Below, in pieces: positions 58,040 through 64,000 of a stretch of DNA of 64,000 bases. The stretch comes from a bacterium (GTDB lineage Bacteria > Zhuqueibacterota > Zhuqueibacteria > Residuimicrobiales > Krinioviventaceae). The notes beneath the pieces were generated by a model. That model saw only the letters and a program-made list of their open reading frames with translations, ran no database searches and was not told where the DNA came from. A program made the position numbers and the translations under genes. Position 1 is the first letter of the stretch, and every line of letters starts with the position of its first letter. Where the stretch lies: positions 2,400,001 to 2,464,000 of the forward strand of contig CAXXMD010000003.1 of NCBI GenBank assembly GCA_963675755.2, written 5' to 3'.

Positions 58040-58888
58040 ATGATTGAAGTGGTTTTCAAAGGGGAACGGAAAGATATATATCATAACCCGCAGGAATTTC
58101 CATTCAAGGTGGGTGATTTTGTTATAGTAGAAGCGGAAAAAGGTGAAGATTTGGGCCTGATTAACCAGATTGGGTCTCGCCTTGAACGCAAAAAAGCAGA
58201 TAAAGTGATTCGTAATATTATCCGCAAACCCATGAAAAAAGACATGGAGCGGTATTACAATAATTTCCGTAAAGAAAAAGATGCTTACAAGGTTTGTCGT
58301 AAAAAGATATCTGAGCACGGTTTGGATATGAAACTGGTTGGTGTTGAATACCAGTTTGACGGGCAAAAGATTACATTTTATTTTACAGCAGATCAGCGTG
58401 TGGATTTTAGAGAACTGGTAAAGGAACTTGCCAGTATCTACAAAGTAAGAATTGAGCTACGACAGATTGGTGTACGTGATGAAGCCAAACGTATTGGCGG
58501 TCATGGAACGTGTGGAAGAAAATTGTGTTGTACTACCTTTTTAAAAGAGTTTGAACCCATTACAACTCAGTGCGCCAAAGAGCAGAACCTGCCTTTGAAT
58601 CCGCAAAAGTTGTCAGGTCTTTGTGGGCGTTTGCTGTGTTGCTTAATGTATGAACGCGAGTTTTATCGTGAACAGAACGAAAAGCTTCCACCAATTGGAA
58701 CCCGTTATAAAATGAAAAACGGTAATGCGCTTGTTATAGAGTTGGATGTATTTAAAGAGCAGGTTACATTGCACTTGCCTGATGATAAGCGGGAAAAATT
58801 TGATGTCAAAGATCTAGAGCAATACGAATGTATTCCTGTTGAACCTGAAGAAGATCAGGTTGCAGAAGAAAATGAAAAAAACGCATAA
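58040..58888 (+). CDS. ricT: PSP1/RicT (YaaT) family Fe-S regulatory protein
   Basis: RVDFRELVK, RIELRQIGVRDEAK, CGRKLCC and KLSGLCGRLLCCLMYE motifs; follows holB. Confidence 0.9.
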   Translation: MIEVVFKGERKDIYHNPQEFPFKVGDFVIVEAEKGEDLGLINQIGSRLERKKADKVIRNIIRKPMKKDMERYYNNFRKEKDAYKVCRKKISEHGLDMKLVGVEYQFDGQKITFYFTADQRVDFRELVKELASIYKVRIELRQIGVRDEAKRIGGHGTCGRKLCCTTFLKEFEPITTQCAKEQNLPLNPQKLSGLCGRLLCCLMYEREFYREQNEKLPPIGTRYKMKNGNALVIELDVFKEQVTLHLPDDKREKFDVKDLEQYECIPVEPEEDQVAEENEKNA

Positions 58889-58909
58889 TATCCGGAAAGA
58901 TTGATTTAA

Positions 58910-60961
58910 ATGAAAGAGTATAAACGAATACTGGTCACCAGTGCTTTACCTTATGCCAATGGTCCCATTCACCTGGGGCACCTTGCAGGCGCTTATTTAC
59001 CTGCCGATGTTTACGTGAGATATCAACGACTAAAAAAACAAGATGTGATCTATATCTGTGGTTCCGATGAGCATGGTGTACCAATTACAATTGCTGCTGA
59101 AAAGAAAAATGTTTCTCCTCAACAGATTGTGGATGAATTCCATTTTCGCAATAAAAAAGCCTTTGAAGGCTTTGGTATGTCTTTTGATTATTATGGACGT
59201 ACCAGTTCTAAAATGCACCACGAAACATCGCAGGAGATTTTTAAAAAGCTGCATGATAAAGGTATATTCAAGTTAAAAAAAGAAAAACAGCTTTACGATC
59301 CCAAGGCTGAAATGTTTCTGGCTGACCGGTATGTAAAAGGTACGTGTCCGCATTGCTCTTATACGGAAGCGTATGGAGATCAGTGTGAAAAATGCGGCAC
59401 TTCATTGTCGCCATCCGAATTGATTGATCCCAAAAGTGCGTTGAGCGGAGAAACGCCGGAATTGCGCGAAACCGAACACTGGTATATACCACTTGGTGAT
59501 TTTCAAAAAGAGGTAGAAGACTGGATCAATACAAAATCAAACTGGAAAACCAATGTGCTGGGTCAGGTGAAAAGCTGGCTGAATGATGGTTTGGCGGACC
59601 GTGCGGTCACCCGCGACCTGCGTTGGGGAGTGGATGTTCCTTTGGAAAATGCCCAGGGCAAGGTTTTGTATGTATGGTTTGATGCGCCTATTGGATATAT
59701 ATCCGCTACAAAAGAATGGTCTCTTGAAAAAGGTGATGCAGATTCATGGAAAACCTATTGGCAGGATGACGAAACCAAACTGGTCCATTTTATTGGTAAA
59801 GATAATATTGTTTTTCATTGTATCATGTTTCCTGCAACCCTGATGGAACTGGGTGATTATGTATTGCCGGATAATGTACCTGCAAATGAATTTTTAAATC
59901 TTGAAGGAAACAAACTGTCTACCAGCAAGAATTACGCTGTATGGCTTGAAGATTATCTGGAAATTTTTGAGGTTGATCCGCTGCGTTATTATCTGGCTGT
60001 AAATGCTCCCGAAACCAAAGATGCGGATTTTACCTGGCAGGAATTCCAACAGCGAAATAACAGCGAACTGGCTGATATCCTCGGTAACTTTATCAACCGT
60101 ACTTTGACTTTTGCAGGCAAGCAATTTGATGGCAAAGTGCCTGTACGTGGTGAGCTGGATGAGAATGATAAGCAGATGATCAATGTATTGCGGGAAGCCC
60201 CTGATAAAGTTGGTGGATTTTTAGAGAATTACGAGTTGCGCAAAGCTATTTATGCGTTTATGGATGTAGGCCGTGCAGCCAACAAGTATTTCAATGATCA
60301 GGAGCCCTGGGTAACTGCCAAATCAGATCGTGAGAAATGTGCTACAACTTTGAATATATGTATACATGCTGTCAAGACACTTGCTGTTTTGATGGCGCCA
60401 TTTTTACCCTTTTCAGCTAAAAAAGCATGGGAAATATTGGCATTAGATTCTGATATTGAAAAGTATGACTGGGATTCTGCCGGCGATCTGGATTTGCCGG
60501 ATGGACATGCTTATGGCAAAGTATCTATTCTGTTTAGAAAGATTGAAGACAGCGAGATAGAACCCCAGGTTGAGCGATTAAAAAAGATTCAGGCTGCTTT
60601 GAACGGTAAAGTGCAGGAAGAAAAACCCGAAAAGCCAAAAATAGCTTTTGACGATTTTGCTAAAGTAGAATTGCGTGTAGCGCGTGTTTTAGCTGCTGAA
60701 AAGGTGAAAAAAGCTGACAAATTGTTAAAATTACAGATAGAGATTGGCGGTCAGGAACGGCAGATAATCGCCGGAATCGCTCAAAAATATACACCCGAAG
60801 AAATAGTTGGGAAAAAGATCATTGTGGTTGCTAATCTGGAACCGGCTAAAATTCGGGGTGAAGTATCGAACGGTATGCTGTTGGCAGCAACAGATGATGA
60901 TGGAAATTTTAGCTTGCTGGGACTGGACCGTGACGTGGAAAGCGGAGCGGGCATAAAGTGA
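58910..60961 (+). CDS. metG: Methionine--tRNA ligase
   Basis: ALPYANGPIHLGH (HIGH), zinc knuckle, KLSTS (KMSKS), C-terminal tRNA-binding domain. Confidence 0.97.
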   Translation: MKEYKRILVTSALPYANGPIHLGHLAGAYLPADVYVRYQRLKKQDVIYICGSDEHGVPITIAAEKKNVSPQQIVDEFHFRNKKAFEGFGMSFDYYGRTSSKMHHETSQEIFKKLHDKGIFKLKKEKQLYDPKAEMFLADRYVKGTCPHCSYTEAYGDQCEKCGTSLSPSELIDPKSALSGETPELRETEHWYIPLGDFQKEVEDWINTKSNWKTNVLGQVKSWLNDGLADRAVTRDLRWGVDVPLENAQGKVLYVWFDAPIGYISATKEWSLEKGDADSWKTYWQDDETKLVHFIGKDNIVFHCIMFPATLMELGDYVLPDNVPANEFLNLEGNKLSTSKNYAVWLEDYLEIFEVDPLRYYLAVNAPETKDADFTWQEFQQRNNSELADILGNFINRTLTFAGKQFDGKVPVRGELDENDKQMINVLREAPDKVGGFLENYELRKAIYAFMDVGRAANKYFNDQEPWVTAKSDREKCATTLNICIHAVKTLAVLMAPFLPFSAKKAWEILALDSDIEKYDWDSAGDLDLPDGHAYGKVSILFRKIEDSEIEPQVERLKKIQAALNGKVQEEKPEKPKIAFDDFAKVELRVARVLAAEKVKKADKLLKLQIEIGGQERQIIAGIAQKYTPEEIVGKKIIVVANLEPAKIRGEVSNGMLLAATDDDGNFSLLGLDRDVESGAGIK

Positions 60962-61746
60962 CAAAAGTTATTGATACGCATACGCACCTTGATTTTCACC
61001 AGTTTGATGCAGACCGAGACGATGTGATTTATCGTGCAAAAGAAGCTGATGTTGCAGCAATGATTACCATTGGCATTGACCGCAAGACTTCAGAAAAATC
61101 GGTGCAAATTGCGACAGAGAATATAAATGTATTTGCCGCTGTGGGGGTACATCCCCACGATGCGGGTGCTATAAAGGAAGGCGATCTGGAAGTTTTGCGC
61201 GAGCTTGCAGAACACCCCAAGACAGTGGCTATTGGTGAGATTGGTCTCGATTATTATCGCAATCTTACTCCACCGGAAACACAACGCAAAGTGTTGAAAA
61301 CGTTCCTTGAAATGGCAAAAGAACTGGACAAACCCGTCATTATTCATACCCGTGAAGCGGATGATGATATTATTGCTATTCTTAAAGAGTATGGCAAGCA
61401 AAGCTGGCGTGGTGTGTTTCATTGTTTTTCAGGCGATGTGGAAATGGCCAAAAAGGTGATCGATATGGGCTTTCTGGTTTCTTTTACCGGAAATATAACT
61501 TTTAAAAAGTCGACATCAGCCGGAGTAGCAGCCAAACTACCTCTGGAAAAGCTGATGGTTGAAACCGATTGTCCTTTTATGGCGCCGGTACCAAACCGTG
61601 GCAAGCGTAACGAACCGGCTTTTGTGCAATATGTTGCGCAAAAACTCGCGGAATTGCATAACAAGCGTTATGATGAAATTGCACGCATCACAACTGAAAA
61701 TGCAATAAATCTTTTTGGTTTAACGTTAGAGGCAGAAAGGGAATGA
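60958..61746 (+). CDS. tatD: TatD family hydrolase
   Basis: DTHTH, GVHPH, GEIGLDY, IHTREA, FHCF, ETDCP. Confidence 0.95.
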   Translation: MTKVIDTHTHLDFHQFDADRDDVIYRAKEADVAAMITIGIDRKTSEKSVQIATENINVFAAVGVHPHDAGAIKEGDLEVLRELAEHPKTVAIGEIGLDYYRNLTPPETQRKVLKTFLEMAKELDKPVIIHTREADDDIIAILKEYGKQSWRGVFHCFSGDVEMAKKVIDMGFLVSFTGNITFKKSTSAGVAAKLPLEKLMVETDCPFMAPVPNRGKRNEPAFVQYVAQKLAELHNKRYDEIARITTENAINLFGLTLEAERE

Positions 61747-62534
61747 TTCCCCGATCCGAAAAGAAACCAAAACAGAGTTTGGGCCAGAATTTTCTGGTGG
61801 ATGCCAATGTTGCAAACAATATTGTAGATGCTTTCAAGCTTAGCAGTACTGATACAGCTTTGGAGATAGGTCCCGGGCCGGGTGTGTTAACCCAGCGAAT
61901 TTTGACACGTGTTAACAAGCTGATTGCTGTAGAAATAGATGGACCATTAGCTGAGAGTTTAAATCTTCGTTTTGGAGATTTGAGCAGTTTTGAACTGCAC
62001 CATTGTGATTTTTTGAAATTTGATATGGGCCTGATCCCTGAATCTGATATACGGGTGATTGGTAATATTCCATATAATATAACCAGCCCGATTTTTTTCA
62101 AGGTATTGCAAGAACGCGACAAGGTTCGCGATCTTACCATGCTGATTCAAAAAGAAGTTGCCATGCGTATTGTGTCCAAAGCCAATACCAAAGAATATGG
62201 CATTATGGCTGTAATGAGCCAGGCCTATGCGGATGTTGAAATATTGATGCACGTGCCTAAAACTGTTTTTCGTCCGCGGCCAAAAATTGATTCGTCACTT
62301 GTAAGATGGACGTTTCACGATAAATTTGCAAAGGATATTGAAAATCCGGTATTGTTTAATGCTCTTGTGCGTCAGGCATTTGGTCAGCGCCGGAAGATGA
62401 TGCGAAACACATTAAAAGAATATTATGAGCAAGATCCCGAATTGTGGGATTTTACCAAAAGGCCGGAGCAGCTTTCTGTAATCGACTGGATTGAACTGTC
62501 CAACCGGATACATACTATGCAGACTCCACCTTGA
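61743..62534 (+). CDS. rsmA: 16S rRNA dimethyladenosine transferase
   Basis: LGQNFL, EIGPGPG, GNIPYNITSP, QKEVA, F.P.PKIDS. Confidence 0.96.
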   Translation: MIPRSEKKPKQSLGQNFLVDANVANNIVDAFKLSSTDTALEIGPGPGVLTQRILTRVNKLIAVEIDGPLAESLNLRFGDLSSFELHHCDFLKFDMGLIPESDIRVIGNIPYNITSPIFFKVLQERDKVRDLTMLIQKEVAMRIVSKANTKEYGIMAVMSQAYADVEILMHVPKTVFRPRPKIDSSLVRWTFHDKFAKDIENPVLFNALVRQAFGQRRKMMRNTLKEYYEQDPELWDFTKRPEQLSVIDWIELSNRIHTMQTPP

Positions 62535-62565
62535 TAAAAGATTAACCCCTAAAGAGGGCTGTGAT

Positions 62566-63927
62566 ATGGAATTGCAAGATCGTATTGAAATCGTCGAGAA
62601 TGTTCGTTACCTGCTTGAAGTGCAGGATGAACCGAAAATTATGAATTTTATCATAGATACCCACCCCGCTGATCTCGCCGACATCATGCGTGAAATGGAC
62701 GATGAAGAACGATTGCAATTATTCAAGTATTTGGAAACAGAAACGGCCTCTGAAGTTCTCCTCGAATTTGATGATGTTACCCGCGAACAAATTGTAAACC
62801 GCCTCGAAACATCCCGACTGTCTGAGATTGTGGATGAAATGGACTCGGACGATGCTACTGACGTTGTGGCCTCTTTGCCTGATGATGTTGCTGAATCTGT
62901 ATTGACCAGCATTGACGGTCAGGACCGTTTTGAAGTTGAAAAACTGCTGGTGCACGAAGAAGATACCGCCGGTGGTATCATGGCGCTGGAGTTTATTGCG
63001 GTTTATGATGACGAGACTGTTCATGACGCGATTCAGGAGATCCGGCAGAAATCCAAAGAAGTTGAAGATGTTTATTATGTGTATGCTATTGATCGCGGCG
63101 GCCGACTTGTTGGAATTGTGCCCCTGAAAAATCTGATCTTGCGGAACCCGAAACGGCTGATCAAAGAAGTAATGGAAACCGATTTTATTTCGGTAACGGT
63201 TGAACGCGACCAGGAAGACGTGGCAAACCTGGTACGAAAATATGACCTGTTATCTGTTCCGGTTGTGGATGCTTATAACCGGTTGGTGGGACGTATCACC
63301 ATTGACGATGTAATGGACGTTGTGCAGGAAGAAGCCAATGAAGATATGCAGCGCATGGCGGGTATCTCGGATGAAGAAGTTTTGCAGGAAACCTCTACCT
63401 TGAGGATTTCCCGTAACCGTCTGCCCTGGTTGTTTATCGCCTTTCTGGGAGAGATGGTTTCCGCTTTTATCATGAGAAGTTTTGGTGCTTCTCTGGAAAA
63501 AATTGTTTGGTTGTCCTTTTTTGTACCGGTGATCATGGCTATGGGCGGGAATACCGGCATTCAATCCTCTACAATTATCATTCGTAGTATTTCTCTTGGA
63601 GAAGGTGGCGCAACCAAATTGTGGAAACGGCTTTGGCGTGAATTGCGTGTTGGGTTTCTGATCGGACTTATTTTTGCCGCTTTGATTTATCTTGTTGTAT
63701 TTATTTGGATGGGTGAACCTATCTTTGGTTTGGTATTGGCCCTGGCCTTGTTATGTGTATTGCTGAATGCATCACTTTTTGGAACAATTATCCCCATTAC
63801 TTTGCACAAGTTGAAATATGATCCTGCTATTGCAACGGGACCTTTTATTACTACCTCGAATGATATTTTGGGATTGCTGATTTATTTTAGTTTGGCTACG
63901 GCCTTTTTCAAATTGTTTGCGAACTAG
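62566..63927 (+). CDS. mgtE: Magnesium transporter MgtE
   Basis: HPADLAD N-domain, CBS pair, RLPWL, MGGNTGIQ, DPAIATGPFITT.ND. Confidence 0.96.
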   Translation: MELQDRIEIVENVRYLLEVQDEPKIMNFIIDTHPADLADIMREMDDEERLQLFKYLETETASEVLLEFDDVTREQIVNRLETSRLSEIVDEMDSDDATDVVASLPDDVAESVLTSIDGQDRFEVEKLLVHEEDTAGGIMALEFIAVYDDETVHDAIQEIRQKSKEVEDVYYVYAIDRGGRLVGIVPLKNLILRNPKRLIKEVMETDFISVTVERDQEDVANLVRKYDLLSVPVVDAYNRLVGRITIDDVMDVVQEEANEDMQRMAGISDEEVLQETSTLRISRNRLPWLFIAFLGEMVSAFIMRSFGASLEKIVWLSFFVPVIMAMGGNTGIQSSTIIIRSISLGEGGATKLWKRLWRELRVGFLIGLIFAALIYLVVFIWMGEPIFGLVLALALLCVLLNASLFGTIIPITLHKLKYDPAIATGPFITTSNDILGLLIYFSLATAFFKLFAN

Positions 63928-63930
63928 ATT

Positions 63931-64000
63931 ATGGCCATTAGTAAAACAGATGCGGTTATTATCCACAGCCGCAAGCAGGGGGAAACCAGCAAAATTCTTA
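63931..64000 (+). CDS. recO: DNA repair protein RecO, 5' fragment
   Basis: MAISKTDAVIIHSRKQGETSKIL resembles the RecO N-terminus; only 23 codons visible. Confidence 0.7.
   Translation, partial: MAISKTDAVIIHSRKQGETSKIL

Noticed and set aside
62491-62565. Upstream extension of mgtE
   Set aside because: It overlaps rsmA; GAGGG precedes ATG 62566, where MgtE-like sequence begins.

Overview
Chromosomal window (roughly 40% GC by eye) from a diderm bacterium, probably a non-Bacteroidota member of the FCB group. That placement is inferred from Por/T9SS-like C-terminal sorting domains and a PorV-like gene occurring together with strong Shine-Dalgarno sites and TTGACA-type promoters. Left third: three envelope-transport operons (TetR + OM barrel + LolCDE/LolA-like ABC system; TetR + TolC-MFP-RND pump; Yip1 + TolC + MacAB-like YknWXYZ system), a DUF4097 gene and pepD. 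Several of these are preceded by a recurring ECF-sigma (SigW-like) AAC-N16-CGT promoter. A REP-like repeat cluster and a MITE-like element are also present. Centre: a BlaI / M56-TonB / TPR operon diverges from two tandem paralogous giant secreted proteins (2428 and 1939 aa). Both have a variable N-terminal domain, 6 vs 2 choice-of-anchor-D Ig repeats, six SdrD-B repeats, a GH99-like domain with substituted catalytic residues, FN3 and a T9SS-like CTD. Both also share a sigma54-like promoter and a structured 5' leader, and their 3.8-kb 3' parts are homogenised. Next comes an AT-rich three-gene ORFan island with a poly-A tract in its promoter spacer, then a PorV-like gene coupled to a degenerate ATPase. 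Right end: housekeeping genes (PPi-PFK, pheA, envC-like, holB with a +1 frameshift, ricT, metG, tatD, rsmA, mgtE, start of recO). No rRNA, tRNA, CRISPR array, integrase or transposase was recognised. All family assignments are from motif recognition by eye, not database searches.
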